A model generated the notes under the pieces. The model was not told the DNA's origin, did no database searches, and saw only the letters and a program-made list of their open reading frames with translations. A DNA stretch of 64,000 nucleotides from Phycisphaerales bacterium JB043 (GTDB taxonomy: Bacteria; Planctomycetota; Phycisphaerae; Phycisphaerales; UBA1924): positions 1 through 64,000 of the forward strand of contig JBICIA010000003.1 of NCBI GenBank assembly GCA_043101425.1, written 5' to 3'. Positions 45,270 through 55,277 of this stretch are shown one piece after another (the first letter of the stretch is position 1; each line of letters begins with the position of its first letter). Made by a program: the position numbers and the translations under genes.

Positions 45270-47105
45270 TCAGCCCTCTCCCTCGCCCGAGCCACCACCG
45301 CGCGCGGCCTCGGTCTTGCGTCCCTTGCGATCGAACGACGAGAAGATGATGGCCTCGGGCGCGGGCTTGGCCTCGACCCAGGGTTGATCGCTGATGATTG
45401 TCTGGGCGGTGTCTCGTCCGAGTTTCTGCGCCTGCTCGGAGGCGTCGGATGCTGGTGCCTGCGGTGGCGGGGAGCCATCGTCCTCGGGGTTGACCCAGAG
45501 GGTTTGGGTTGGGAAGGCGAACTCGACGCCCAGTTGCTTTGCCAGACGGAGGACGTCGAGGAGGAAGCGCTGGCGCTCGCGGAGCTCGGTCTGCCAGTCG
45601 GGCGCCTCGAAGAAGGTGTAGACGAGTATGTCGAGGGAGTGTGCGCCCATGTTGTTGAAGTAGACGCAGTAGTAGTCCTTGCGGGTGTATGGATGGAGTC
45701 GGATGAGCTCGCGGACGCCCTCGCAGAAGGCCTCGATGGTGTCGGGCGGGGTGTCGTAGGTGACGTTGAGCGCGGTCTTGAAGCGTCGGTACTTGCGCCT
45801 GCCGTAGTTGTCGACGGTTGCGCGCACGAGCGTGGCGTTGGGGATGGTGACCTGCGAGTTGTAGAAGGTTCGGATTCGGGTGGAGCGGAAGCCGAGCTCC
45901 TCGACGATGCCCTCGACGCCCTCGACGACGACCCAGTCGCCGACCTGGAAGGGGTGATCCATGATGACGGCGACGGAGCCGAAGAAGTTCTCGATGGTGT
46001 CCTTGGCTGCGAAGGCGACCGCCAGGCCGCCGATGCCCAGGCCCGTGAGGAGCGGGACGATCTCGATGTTGAGCGCGCCGGCGATGTAGATGAGGCCGAT
46101 CGCGAAGATGAAGATCTTGAGGGTCTTGCGGACGAGCGGGATGAGCAGGTCGTCGTAGCGCGAGGCGGTGAGCTTGGCGCGACTGGCGGCGACGCTAGAG
46201 ATGAGGTCGACGGTGCGGAACGCCGCCCAGACGGAGGCGACGCTCATGACGAGGCGGATCGCGGGGATGACGATGCGCAGCGCCTCGGCGGGTAGCGCCA
46301 GCGCCCAGATGGAGGCGATCATGAAGAGCGATGCGGCGAAGAGCCCGAAGGGGCGCATGGAGCGTTTGATCTCGTCGGGCTCGGCCTCTTGTCCTCGCTT
46401 GCGGATGCGTCGCGTCGCGAAGCCGCGCAGGAAGAGCTGGACCGCGAGATCGATAACGACCGCGATGAAGATGAGCGCGAGCAGCCCGAGCCACTGCCAG
46501 CCGAAGAGCCCCATGATCTGCGAGCGGAGCTGCTGAGGCATCATGCGATGGATGCGGATGGTGTAGTCGAGCTCGGCCTCGTCGACGCCTGCCTTGCGGG
46601 AGAAGGACTCGACGGATGTGTAGAGCGCGTCGAGGTTGGCGATGGTCGCGCGCGAGAACCGCCACGCGCCGTCGGGCGAGCGTGTCAGGGCGATCTGCCC
46701 CTGCGCGCCGTCGCGCACGGCGATGGCGTGGTCGATGATGTCGGATTGGGGGAAGTAGACGAAGGAGGTGAGGTTCTCGCGCTCGACCTGAGAGGCGTCG
46801 GGGAGCTGGTCCTCCGTGACGAACCCGATGCGGTTGATGACACCAACCAGGCGTGCCGCGATGTTGCGGGCACCCGACTCGGTGCCGGGCGGGAGCTCGA
46901 GCGCGTTGACGGCGGTGACAAAGTCCTTCTCGTTGACGGCCTCGAGGAAGGAGAACATCGTCTCCTGGGGAGAAGAGAGCCCCGGCGGCGGTGGGGGTGG
47001 AGCCGACTCGGTGGGCTGGTCCTGTGCGAGCGCGGGCAGCGCCACAAGGAGCAGGGTCAGGAGTGCAAAAACGGTGTGAGCGCGTGATGGGTGTGCGAGT
47101 CGCAT
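45270..47105 (-). CDS. Mechanosensitive channel, MscS family, with large N-terminal periplasmic domain
   Basis: TIENFFGSVAVIMDHPFQVGDWVVVEGVEGIVEELGFRSTRIRTFYNSQVTIPNATL is the MscS beta-domain signature. Signal peptide and TM helices upstream. Confidence 0.85.
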   Translation of the reverse strand: MRLAHPSRAHTVFALLTLLLVALPALAQDQPTESAPPPPPPGLSSPQETMFSFLEAVNEKDFVTAVNALELPPGTESGARNIAARLVGVINRIGFVTEDQLPDASQVERENLTSFVYFPQSDIIDHAIAVRDGAQGQIALTRSPDGAWRFSRATIANLDALYTSVESFSRKAGVDEAELDYTIRIHRMMPQQLRSQIMGLFGWQWLGLLALIFIAVVIDLAVQLFLRGFATRRIRKRGQEAEPDEIKRSMRPFGLFAASLFMIASIWALALPAEALRIVIPAIRLVMSVASVWAAFRTVDLISSVAASRAKLTASRYDDLLIPLVRKTLKIFIFAIGLIYIAGALNIEIVPLLTGLGIGGLAVAFAAKDTIENFFGSVAVIMDHPFQVGDWVVVEGVEGIVEELGFRSTRIRTFYNSQVTIPNATLVRATVDNYGRRKYRRFKTALNVTYDTPPDTIEAFCEGVRELIRLHPYTRKDYYCVYFNNMGAHSLDILVYTFFEAPDWQTELRERQRFLLDVLRLAKQLGVEFAFPTQTLWVNPEDDGSPPPQAPASDASEQAQKLGRDTAQTIISDQPWVEAKPAPEAIIFSSFDRKGRKTEAARGGGSGEGEG

Positions 47106-47141
47106 GGGATCATGCTACTGCGTGGTGTTCGTGTCTTCGAG

Positions 47142-47966
47142 TCAGGGTGTGTGCAGGCCGGCGGCGTGGGGGAATCGCTCGTGCCAGCCCTCGCGAGGAT
47201 AGAAGGTGTACTGCGCGGTCGTGTTGTGCATGTCCGGAGGGACGTCGTTGGCGAGCGTCACGTGACCATCGTTGAAGGCGAGGGAGGCCTTCGTCGAGCC
47301 CGGGTGCCATCCCATGCGGTCGTCCTCGCCATCGTCGTGGTTGTAGATGGTTCCCTGCCCGACGAGCCACGTGTGGGAGGGGGAATCGACGACCGGCATC
47401 CTGCCGCCACGCTTGGGTATGAGTGTTGGGAATATCTCGACGAATGGGCAGGGGACGCGATCGAGCGCGTGGTCGTTGAGGAGGTAGCTGGTGCCGACGA
47501 TGTCGTAGAGGCGGAGGGATGCGTCGGAGGCGCTGGTTCCAGCGATGGCGTGGAGGGTGAGGTCCGACGTGCCTTCGTCCAGCGGGTCGAGGCATACCTG
47601 CACGGGGTCGTTGGCGGAAGGGTCGCCCAGGTATGCGTTCAAGGGTCGACGATCGGCGCCCCAGATGTTGATGCTGAAGAGGGTCGTGTCGACCCGCTTG
47701 CCGGCGTAGAGCCACTCGAAGAGGACAGCGCTGGGATCATCGCCCTGGGTGCCATCGGGGAGGAGCTTGACCTGGGGCAGGTGGCTGTCGTGATCGTTCA
47801 GATATGAGAGGTTCGCCTGAGCCAGCTGCTGGAGGTTCGCGCCGCCCTGGGCGAGGCGGGCCTGGTAGTGGGCGCCGGAGAGCGTGGGCACGAGGATGCC
47901 CACGACAAGGGCGATAACCGAGACCACCACGAGCAGCTCGAGCAGTGTCAGACCCCGGGTGTTCAT
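47142..47966 (-). CDS. Prepilin-type N-terminal cleavage/methylation domain protein of the DUF1559 (H-X9-DG) family
   Basis: MNTRGLTLLELLVVVSVIALVVGILVP pseudopilin leader. C-terminal HPGSTKASLAFNDGHV. This family is hugely expanded in Planctomycetes. Confidence 0.8.
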   Translation of the reverse strand: MNTRGLTLLELLVVVSVIALVVGILVPTLSGAHYQARLAQGGANLQQLAQANLSYLNDHDSHLPQVKLLPDGTQGDDPSAVLFEWLYAGKRVDTTLFSINIWGADRRPLNAYLGDPSANDPVQVCLDPLDEGTSDLTLHAIAGTSASDASLRLYDIVGTSYLLNDHALDRVPCPFVEIFPTLIPKRGGRMPVVDSPSHTWLVGQGTIYNHDDGEDDRMGWHPGSTKASLAFNDGHVTLANDVPPDMHNTTAQYTFYPREGWHERFPHAAGLHTP

Positions 47967-48010
47967 GCTCAGACGGTACCCGAACGCTCTCGGACGCGTT
48001 GCAGGGGGTC

Positions 48011-48100
48011 CCGATCTTTCCCAGATGGCATAGCTATGCCCACATGTGGGGAGTGCGTTAATTGCGTGCGCTCGAGGGAAAGATCCCCAGATGGGGTGAC
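48011..48100. promoter_or_regulatory. Cluster of palindromes/repeats in the divergent promoter region between the DUF1559 gene and the MshEN-domain gene
   Basis: CCCACATGTGGG (48039..48050, perfect 12-bp palindrome) and CATAGCTATG (48029..48038). CCCAGATGG is a direct repeat at 48021 and 48086. GATCTTTCCC (48013) pairs with GGGAAAGATC (48076) as an inverted repeat. Confidence 0.4.
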
Positions 48101-48154
48101 GACACTGACGGTGGATTCGGAACGCAGAGGTTTAGATCCTCGGAGGAGCGAGCT

Positions 48155-48646
48155 ATGCAACTGGGTGAGATTCTCGTCGAGCGGGGGCTGCTGACCAGCG
48201 AGCAGGTTGATGAGGTGCTGGAGACCCAGTGCCGAACGGGCGGCGCGTTCGGGCAGATCGCCGAGCAGCTGTTTGGGCTCTCGATCAGTGATGTCGAGGA
48301 GGCGTGGTCGCATCAGTACGCGAGCCGGACGGACCTTCTCGATTTGGAGGAGCTCTCGCCCGAGGCGAGCGTGATGGACGTGATAGATCGTCGCCAGGCC
48401 TGGCAGTTCCGCGTGCTGCCGCTCCGCCGGGATGAGAGCGAACTCGTGCTCGTGACGACCCGCGAGCACCTGACCCGTGCGATCCGCTTTGCGCTGCACC
48501 ACATCCCCGAGCCGTGCTTCTTCGTGCTCGCGGGCCCGGAGGACCTAGGCGACGCGCTGCACGAGCACTTCCCGATGGGCGGGATGACGTCACGCTTCAT
48601 CCAGGGGCGCGGGTTCAACTGGATGATGCTCGACGAGGCGGCTTAG
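48155..48646 (+). CDS. Stand-alone MshEN/T2SSE_N-like domain protein (candidate c-di-GMP receptor)
   Basis: N-terminus [24 protein letters not shown] fits the 24-residue MshEN motif RLGxxLLxxGLIxxxxLxxALxxQ. Second helical repeat downstream. Confidence 0.55.
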   Translation: MQLGEILVERGLLTSEQVDEVLETQCRTGGAFGQIAEQLFGLSISDVEEAWSHQYASRTDLLDLEELSPEASVMDVIDRRQAWQFRVLPLRRDESELVLVTTREHLTRAIRFALHHIPEPCFFVLAGPEDLGDALHEHFPMGGMTSRFIQGRGFNWMMLDEAA

Positions 48647-49821
48647 GCGCTGGCGTACGAGGCGAGGGCGCTCTTGAGCGCGTCTGCCTTGTCGGTCTTC
48701 TCCCATGTGAACAGATCGCCGTCGGGCACGCGTCCGAAGTGGCCGTGGAACGCGGTGCTCCGGTAGATGGGCTTGCGGAGTCCGAGCGACTCGATGATGC
48801 CCTTTGGCGTGAGATGGAAGTGCTCGCGCACGGCGCTGGCGATCTGCTTCTCGTCGGCCTTGCCGGTTCCGAACGTGGTCACGTGGACGCTGGTGGGCTC
48901 GGCGACGCCGATGGCGTAGGAGAGCTGCACCTCGCAGATGTCGGCGAGTCCGGCGGCGACGATGTTCTTGGCAACGTAGCGCGCCATGTAGGCCGCCGAG
49001 CGATCGACCTTCGTCGGATCCTTGCCGGAGAACGCGCCGCCCCCGTGGCGACCCATGCCGCCGTAGGTGTCGACGATGATCTTGCGTCCCGTGAGCCCGA
49101 CATCACCATGTGGCCCGCCGATCTCGAAGTTGCCGGTGGGGTTGACGTGGATCGTGATGTCGTCGTTCCAGTGCGCGCCGAGGGTGGGCTTGATGATGTG
49201 CTCGACGACGAGCTTCTGGAGTTCCTGCTGGTTGTTGGTCCATTGCGGCGCGTGCTGCGTGGAGAGAACGACGGTGTCGACGCGTGTCGGCTTGCCATCG
49301 ACGTACTCGAGCGTGACCTGGCTCTTGGCGTCGGGGCGGAGGCCCTCGAAGACGCCCTGCTCGCGGCAGCTGGCGTGGCTCTCGACGAGTCGGTGCGCCA
49401 GATAGATGGGCAGGGGCATGAGCGCGGTGGGGTCGAGCTCGTCGGTCTCGCGGCAGGCGTAGCCGAACATCATGCCCTGGTCGCCCGCGCCCTCCTTGTC
49501 GACGCCCATCGCGATGTCGGGCGACTGCTGCTTGATGGAGGTGAGCACGGCGCAGGTCTCGTGGTCGAACGCCATGGCCGGCTCGGTGTAGCCGATCTCG
49601 CGGACGGTCTTGCGGACGAGCTCGGGGATCTCGACGTAGGCCTCCGTGGTGACCTCGCCCGCGACGACGGCCATGCCTGTCGAGACCATTGTCTCCATGG
49701 CGACGCGCGACTTGGGGTCCTGCGCGAGCATGGCGTCGAGGATGGCGTCTGAAATCTGGTCGGCCACCTTGTCGGGGTGGCCCATCGAGACGGATTCGGA
49801 CGTGAAGAAGCCTTCGAGCAT
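48643..49821 (-). CDS. metK: S-adenosylmethionine synthetase
   Basis: [65 protein letters not shown]. Start at the MLEGFF Met. Confidence 0.95.
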   Translation of the reverse strand: MLEGFFTSESVSMGHPDKVADQISDAILDAMLAQDPKSRVAMETMVSTGMAVVAGEVTTEAYVEIPELVRKTVREIGYTEPAMAFDHETCAVLTSIKQQSPDIAMGVDKEGAGDQGMMFGYACRETDELDPTALMPLPIYLAHRLVESHASCREQGVFEGLRPDAKSQVTLEYVDGKPTRVDTVVLSTQHAPQWTNNQQELQKLVVEHIIKPTLGAHWNDDITIHVNPTGNFEIGGPHGDVGLTGRKIIVDTYGGMGRHGGGAFSGKDPTKVDRSAAYMARYVAKNIVAAGLADICEVQLSYAIGVAEPTSVHVTTFGTGKADEKQIASAVREHFHLTPKGIIESLGLRKPIYRSTAFHGHFGRVPDGDLFTWEKTDKADALKSALASYASA

Positions 49822-49900
49822 TGGGGAGTCTCTCTTTCGATCGAGTGTGGGACCGACGACTGTAGAACCCATGCAGGTGTGGCACAAGCCTCTCGTGGGG

Positions 49901-50464
49901 TTAAGTGACGGGATGCTGCCCGATTCCGGATGCCTCGAGCTCGACACCAAGTCCCATCACGATGCGGTTTGCGTAGTTGAAGTATGCCACGATGCAGGCC
50001 AGGTCGAGGATCTCCCTGTCGTTGAGTCCCGCGTCACGGAGCGGCGAGAGGTCGTCCTCGTGCATCGACTGCGGTGCCTGCGTGAGCTTGATGGCGTACT
50101 CGACCATGCGCTTCTCTCTGTCGGTCAGGTGCGCGACGGAGCCGTCCACCAATGAGTCGGGCAGGTCCTCGCGGTCGTCGTCGAGCATGCGCGCGAGCCC
50201 GGCGGCGTGGTGGTGCGTGCAGTACTCGCACCCGTTGGCGCGAGAGACTGCCGTGCCGACGATCTCGCGCTCGTATCGCGGTATTGGTCCGCGTCGGTGC
50301 ATCGCGGAGACGTAGACCTCGAAGTGTGCGTCGAGCGAATCGGGGTTGAGCGAGTGGATGCGCATGACGTTGTCGACTGTGCCGTCGGGGTTGCCAACGC
50401 GTTTGTAGAGAGGGGTGAGGATGTCGTCGGCGTTCTCGGGCTCGATTGTTTCGATCCAACTCAT
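49901..50464 (-). CDS. Carboxymuconolactone decarboxylase/AhpD-like peroxidase-related protein
   Basis: GCEYCTHHH (CxxC plus His of the AhpD core), ~187 aa. Confidence 0.75.
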   Translation of the reverse strand: MSWIETIEPENADDILTPLYKRVGNPDGTVDNVMRIHSLNPDSLDAHFEVYVSAMHRRGPIPRYEREIVGTAVSRANGCEYCTHHHAAGLARMLDDDREDLPDSLVDGSVAHLTDREKRMVEYAIKLTQAPQSMHEDDLSPLRDAGLNDREILDLACIVAYFNYANRIVMGLGVELEASGIGQHPVT

Positions 50465-50511
50465 GGGCGTGCTCCCCGGATGTGAGGCTTGACGGGTGCG
50501 AGGCGTGATGG

Positions 50512-51147
50512 TTGACTCTTCAGATGCGCATTATTGCGGGAACACACAGGGGGCGTCGCCTGGTAGGTCCGCCCGACGATCGCGTGACACGCCCGATCAC
50601 GGACATGGTCAAGGAGTCCGTGTTCAACATCCTGCGAGGGCACGTCGAGGGGCACACGGTCGTCGACGCGTTCGCGGGCTCGGGGAGCATGGGGCTCGAG
50701 GCCGCGTCACGAGGCGCCGAGTCGGTGCTGTGCGTCGAGCAGAATCGTCAGATAGCGGGTTTGCTGCGCGAGAACATCGAGATGCTGGGCGAGGGCGATC
50801 GCTGCCGGGTGTTGCAGTCCGACGCGCTGGGTGCGGCTGCGCTGGCGCAGTGCCCGGAGCCGGTGCATGTGGTGTTCTTCGATCCGCCGTATCAGTTGAT
50901 GACTGATCCTGTTCGTCGTGAACGTGTGCTCGAGCAGTTGGGGCGTTTCATCGAGAAGCTCGATGACGAGGGGTACGCGCTGCTGCGCACGCCATCGCCG
51001 CTTCGCAATGACGGATCGTCCCGTGTGGGGGTGGGGAGTTCTGATTTGTCTCTGCGGATACCGGGCGCGCTGGGTCCGGAGACGCACGAGTACGGCTCGA
51101 TGGCGGTGCATCTGTATATGCGCGACAGCGGCGCGAGCGGTGAGTAG
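50512..51147 (+). CDS. rsmD: 16S rRNA (guanine966-N2)-methyltransferase
   Basis: MRIIAGTHRGRRL, VVDAFAGSGSMGLEAASRGA, VFFDPPY. ATG at 50524 is an alternative start. Confidence 0.85.
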   Translation: MTLQMRIIAGTHRGRRLVGPPDDRVTRPITDMVKESVFNILRGHVEGHTVVDAFAGSGSMGLEAASRGAESVLCVEQNRQIAGLLRENIEMLGEGDRCRVLQSDALGAAALAQCPEPVHVVFFDPPYQLMTDPVRRERVLEQLGRFIEKLDDEGYALLRTPSPLRNDGSSRVGVGSSDLSLRIPGALGPETHEYGSMAVHLYMRDSGASGE

Positions 51148-51191
51148 GAAAGCACCTTTCGAGTGTGTATACTTCAACGATCCTCCGAGAG

Positions 51192-51235
51192 TGGTTCTGT
51201 CGGAGGCGTTCTGGTTCTGATTGATTTGTCGATCG
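51192..51235 (+). terminator. Possible weak intrinsic terminator after rsmD
   Basis: CCTCCGAgagtggttctgTCGGAGG followed by a moderately T-rich cgTTcTggTTcTgaTTgaTTTg. Confidence 0.3.
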
Positions 51236-52123
51236 CTATCGACATGGCCCTTAGACAACGCATCGAACACATTTGGAGACAGCATGTTGGATACGGCACG
51301 CCAGCCCCGACAGGGGGAGACCCGTCTTGACGACTCGACACAGGAAGCCATGCACGCCGCGATGCACCTGGCGTCGGCGTTGAAGACGCTCGCGGGTCGG
51401 GACGACTCGATCAAGCAATCGATGGTGGTGCTGGGTCGCTGGCTGCAGGACAGCGCGCTGTTCACGGGCACGAGCACGTCATTCACTCCTTCCTCGCGTG
51501 GTCGATTCGAGGACAGACGCTTCGAGCAACGTGAGCCGATCGACGTGCAGCGTGTGATCGATCGCGCGAGGCTGAAGTCGCAGGTGTGCCAGTTCATTCT
51601 GAATCCGGACGCGCCCGACGAGCTCGAGGACGAGTACGTCGAGAAGGCGCGCCAGCTGCCGCACTGCTGGCTGTGGATGCTGCACACCGACGACGAGGTC
51701 CCCGACGAGCTGATCGAGAACCTGGGCATCGTGTACGAGGCCCTCGCCAGATCTCTGGAGGTGGCACGCAAGCACCTGCTGGAGGGCTCGGCCAGCCCGG
51801 AGGATGCCACGGTCGTGTACACGCACGTGGCCGAGTCGCAGTCGGCCCTCTGGGCCGGCCTCGGTCGGGCTGGCGTGACTCGCGATCAGGACCAGATCGA
51901 CACGTTCGTGTGGCTTCGCGAGCGGACGCGCATCGAGCGTGTGTACATCGAGCGGTTCATGCGCCGCGAGGATCCCGCGGATCCGAACGATGCGCGTGAT
52001 CTGCTGCAGCGGATCGAGACGCTCGACGAGCGAATGACCGAGGGGCTGCCGGCGAGCGAGTCGGGCGTGGCTGCCGGTGCGTCGGATCCCGCCGAGGGAT
52101 CGACTGGAGACGAGGGCCTGTAG
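51221..52123 (+). CDS. Hypothetical protein
   Basis: Long ORF with GC3 bias. No recognisable motifs. Alternative start at 51284 (MLDTARQ), which would clear the putative terminator. Confidence 0.4.
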   Translation: MICRSLSTWPLDNASNTFGDSMLDTARQPRQGETRLDDSTQEAMHAAMHLASALKTLAGRDDSIKQSMVVLGRWLQDSALFTGTSTSFTPSSRGRFEDRRFEQREPIDVQRVIDRARLKSQVCQFILNPDAPDELEDEYVEKARQLPHCWLWMLHTDDEVPDELIENLGIVYEALARSLEVARKHLLEGSASPEDATVVYTHVAESQSALWAGLGRAGVTRDQDQIDTFVWLRERTRIERVYIERFMRREDPADPNDARDLLQRIETLDERMTEGLPASESGVAAGASDPAEGSTGDEGL

Positions 52124-52159
52124 CGGGTCCTGACAGCTCCTGTTGGGTATATTCAGGGC

Positions 52160-52978
52160 GTGGGAGCGCGACCACGAGCACTGACGATCTGTCTGGCGTC
52201 CAGCGGCGCGATGCTGTGGGGCTGCTCTGGCGGCGTGGTGACGGGAGTCAACAACGGAGATGGTGAGAGCGTGCTGGCCCTGCTGTCGCCACCCTCGCCC
52301 GAGGCGATGGTGCAGCTCGCCGCCGACGAGACCAATCCGGACAACAGGCAGCGCGGCATCTTGTTGCTTGCCAACTCGCCCTTTGGGGGTGAGGCGGTGT
52401 ACATGCGCTTCTATGAGAGCGCGATCAACGACGACGACGCGAGAGTGCGTGCCGCCTCGGCGAGAGCGCTCGGGTATCACGGGCTGTCATCGCACGCCGA
52501 GACCCTGGGCGAGCGGCTCCGGAGTGACGAGAGCGACATCGTTCGCCTCGAATGCGCCAGGGCGTTGCAGCGTCTGCACAACTCAGCGGTCGTCGACACA
52601 CTGATCGGGTCGCTGAACCCTCAGGCGGAGCGGAACGCTGACGTTCGCGAGGCGAGCGCGATTGCGCTGGGCCAATATCGAGACACTCGGGTCGTGCAAT
52701 CGCTGATCGGCGCGCTGCAGGATCGTGATCTTCGCGTGAACGTGGCATCCGCTGGGTCGCTGACGCTGCTGACGGGGCAGGAGCTGGGCACGGACCCGTC
52801 GCTCTGGCTCGACTGGACACGCGCGTCCGGTGACTGGTTCGCCGGGGCGCAGCGGTACACCTATCCGGTGTTCAGGCGTAAGGCGCGATGGTGGGAGTAC
52901 GTGGTGCCGTGGGCGTACCCTCCCAACGAGGTTGCCTCCGAGCCGATCGGCATGCCCGACGCGCAGGGTGCGGGCTGA
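52160..52978 (+). CDS. HEAT/PBS-lyase-repeat lipoprotein
   Basis: Lipobox LTICLASSGAMLWGCSGG. Repeated ...VR..A..ALG... helices (DARVRAASARALGY, IVRLECARALQRL, DVREASAIALGQY, DLRVNVASAGSL). Confidence 0.65.
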   Translation: MGARPRALTICLASSGAMLWGCSGGVVTGVNNGDGESVLALLSPPSPEAMVQLAADETNPDNRQRGILLLANSPFGGEAVYMRFYESAINDDDARVRAASARALGYHGLSSHAETLGERLRSDESDIVRLECARALQRLHNSAVVDTLIGSLNPQAERNADVREASAIALGQYRDTRVVQSLIGALQDRDLRVNVASAGSLTLLTGQELGTDPSLWLDWTRASGDWFAGAQRYTYPVFRRKARWWEYVVPWAYPPNEVASEPIGMPDAQGAG

Positions 52979-53952
52979 TGCTCGCCTGCTGCATGCGCGA
53001 CCAGCGCCCGACACTCGTGGAGGATTTTCCCTCGCCGGAACTGCGTGACGGTGAGCTGCTCGTGGACATGACGCACGTGGCTGTCACGCTGCGAGATGGC
53101 GTGGCGATGCGACGCCATGCGCTGGGTGTGCAATCCATGCCGGATGTGCTCGGGCACGCCGGTGTCGGAACGATCGGCGACACGAACGGGCAGCAGGGAT
53201 TCGTCCGAGGTGACCGGGTGGCGGTGTGGCCCGATGTCATCTGCGGCACGTGCGACATGTGCACTGGCGGGCTGCGCTGGCACTGTCGCTCGAAGAAGGT
53301 GATGGGTCTCGATGGAACGGACGGTGTTCTGCGTGGTTGTCTAGGTGTTGTGGCGGAGTGTTGCGTTCGTCTTGACAAGGGGATCAGTGACGATGAGGCG
53401 CTGCTGTGCTTTCCGCTCGCGTCGGCGTTGCAGGCGGCGCGGGCGCTGGGTGGTGGTGGCTCCGGGCATATCAGCGTTCTGGGTGCGACGGCCGAGGCCG
53501 TGCTGACGTCGTTCGTTGTGCACTCTCATCATCCAGGTGCGCGTCTTCTGAGCGCGTCGGAATCGGCACTGGACGCGTGCGAGAAGCTTGGTGTGCCGCA
53601 TCGGGATATACGCGACGCGGGTCGTCGAGAGGATCAGGACATCGTGATCGACTGCACCGCCTCCGCGCGCGGGCTGGCCACGGCGCTGGAGCTCGTGCGC
53701 CCTGGTGGGCGGGTGGTGTTGGTCGCGAGCCCTCCCTCGGAGCCCTTCGATCTGGCGCCGATCGTGGATCGTGAGGTGGCCATCGAGGGATGCAAGGCGG
53801 GCTCGCTGCAGGCCGCGATCGACATGGTTCTCAGTGGAGGGATCAATCTCGAAGGGCTGATCACGTCTCGCGTGGCGATGCGCAGAGCGCCCGAGGCGTT
53901 CGAGAGGGTGTTCGAGCGTGGGCAGCTGCAGGTCGTTGTGGATATCGCGTAG
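52978..53952 (+). CDS. Zn-dependent alcohol dehydrogenase (MDR superfamily)
   Basis: CGTCDMCTGGLRWHC structural-zinc Cys cluster, GHAGVG catalytic region, GATAEAVL Rossmann. Start shares a base with the upstream stop (TGATG). Confidence 0.8.
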   Translation: MLACCMRDQRPTLVEDFPSPELRDGELLVDMTHVAVTLRDGVAMRRHALGVQSMPDVLGHAGVGTIGDTNGQQGFVRGDRVAVWPDVICGTCDMCTGGLRWHCRSKKVMGLDGTDGVLRGCLGVVAECCVRLDKGISDDEALLCFPLASALQAARALGGGGSGHISVLGATAEAVLTSFVVHSHHPGARLLSASESALDACEKLGVPHRDIRDAGRREDQDIVIDCTASARGLATALELVRPGGRVVLVASPPSEPFDLAPIVDREVAIEGCKAGSLQAAIDMVLSGGINLEGLITSRVAMRRAPEAFERVFERGQLQVVVDIA

Positions 53953-53957
53953 GGCTG

Positions 53958-54815
53958 TCAGATCTCGATGATGTTGGCCAGCCACAGGGCGCCGATGACT
54001 GCGCACAAGACAAGGCGGTACCACCCGAAGGCGCCCAGCCCGTGCCGTGTCAGGAAGCCGACGAGCCACTTGACCGCGATGGCCGCCGAGACGGTGGCGA
54101 CAAGGATGCCCACCATGACGGGGGCGAGCCCGAGCTGCTCGGTGAAGAGGGTCGCATCGCCGTTGCGCGCGTCGATGACGTTGGTGCCCAGCTTGTAGAC
54201 GCACGCGCCACCCAATGTCGGGAGCCCGAGCAGGAACGAGAACTCCGCTGCCTGTCGTGGCTTGAGCCCCAGGAGCGTTCCCCCCGCGATGGTCATCATC
54301 GAGCGGCTGGTGCCCGGCCACATCGCGACGACCTGGAAGAGGCCTATGAACAGGGCTGTGTGCCAGCGCATGGACTCGATGTCGGTGGGCGGCGCGATGG
54401 TCTTCCTGCTCTCGCCGCGACCGAGCCAGATCATCCAGATGCCGCCAAGTGCGAGAGCAAGAAGGACCGGCCCGACATGGAAGAGACGGGCCTCGATCGC
54501 CTCGTTGAGCAGGACGCCGAGCACGGCGGCGGGCAGGAACGCGATGATGATGTTCCGCAGCAGGCGCAGGCCCTGCCTGTCCTTGCCCAGGATCCCGAGG
54601 ATCATCTGCCAGACGCGCTGGCGATAGAGCCCGAGCACCGCGAGGATGGCGCCACCCTGGACGACGATTGTGAACGTGTCGACCGCGTTCTTGCTCTCTG
54701 GTGAGTCGAGGCCAAGGAGAGCGGATGTCAGGATCAGATGGCCGGTCGAGGAGACTGGGAGGTACTCGGTGATGCCCTCCACCAGTCCGAGGATGATCGC
54801 ATCGAGCAGTGTCAT
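53958..54815 (-). CDS. uppP: Undecaprenyl-diphosphatase
   Basis: LLDAIILGLVEGITEYLPVSSTGHLIL and PGTSRSMMTIAGGTLLGL motifs; 8 TM. Start at the MTLLDA Met. Confidence 0.9.
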   Translation of the reverse strand: MTLLDAIILGLVEGITEYLPVSSTGHLILTSALLGLDSPESKNAVDTFTIVVQGGAILAVLGLYRQRVWQMILGILGKDRQGLRLLRNIIIAFLPAAVLGVLLNEAIEARLFHVGPVLLALALGGIWMIWLGRGESRKTIAPPTDIESMRWHTALFIGLFQVVAMWPGTSRSMMTIAGGTLLGLKPRQAAEFSFLLGLPTLGGACVYKLGTNVIDARNGDATLFTEQLGLAPVMVGILVATVSAAIAVKWLVGFLTRHGLGAFGWYRLVLCAVIGALWLANIIEI

Positions 54816-55237
54816 GTGGTGTCTATCGGATGCAGCGTTCTGATCGGTCGGAGTGTGAATCGTCCCGATGCCGCGGTGTCCGCGCTCTGATCGAGGGAGC
54901 TCGCACCGATCCGGAGGCATCGTCCCTTGAAGGTGGCGGTGTCATCTTCCTGTTTAACCAACTCCAGCTCGACACGGAGCGAGTCGCCCGGTTTCACCAT
55001 TGCGCCGTACTTGAGGGCCTTGACCTGGCCCAGAACGTGGCGTCGCGCGGTGTTGTCGTTGTTGGTGAGCAGGGCACGTCCCGCCTGCACCATCGCCTCG
55101 AGCATCATCACGCCCGGGAGGATGGGGAAGGTCGGAAAGTGGTCCTTGAGGTATTCCTCGGCGGACGTGACGTGCTTGATCGTGACGATGTGCTTCTCGT
55201 CGCACTCGAGCACGGCATCGATAAGAGAGAAGTGCAT
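54812..55237 (-). CDS. fabZ: 3-hydroxyacyl-ACP dehydratase (hotdog)
   Basis: DHFPTFPILPGVMMLEAMVQ catalytic His-region. Size 141 aa. 4-bp overlap with uppP. Confidence 0.85.
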   Translation of the reverse strand: MHFSLIDAVLECDEKHIVTIKHVTSAEEYLKDHFPTFPILPGVMMLEAMVQAGRALLTNNDNTARRHVLGQVKALKYGAMVKPGDSLRVELELVKQEDDTATFKGRCLRIGASSLDQSADTAASGRFTLRPIRTLHPIDTT

Positions 55238-55277
55238 GCTGCGGAGGATATCGTCGAGATTTCATGGTTGCGAGGGG

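Noticed and set aside
49822-49900. Possible SAM riboswitch in the metK leader
   Set aside because: Leader is only ~80 nt. I could not place SAM-I or SAM-II conserved elements by eye. Needs cmscan; not claimed.
50707-51822. 371-aa minus-strand ORF spanning rsmD and the following hypothetical gene
   Set aside because: Antisense to a confidently identified rsmD. Serine/arginine-rich junk composition.
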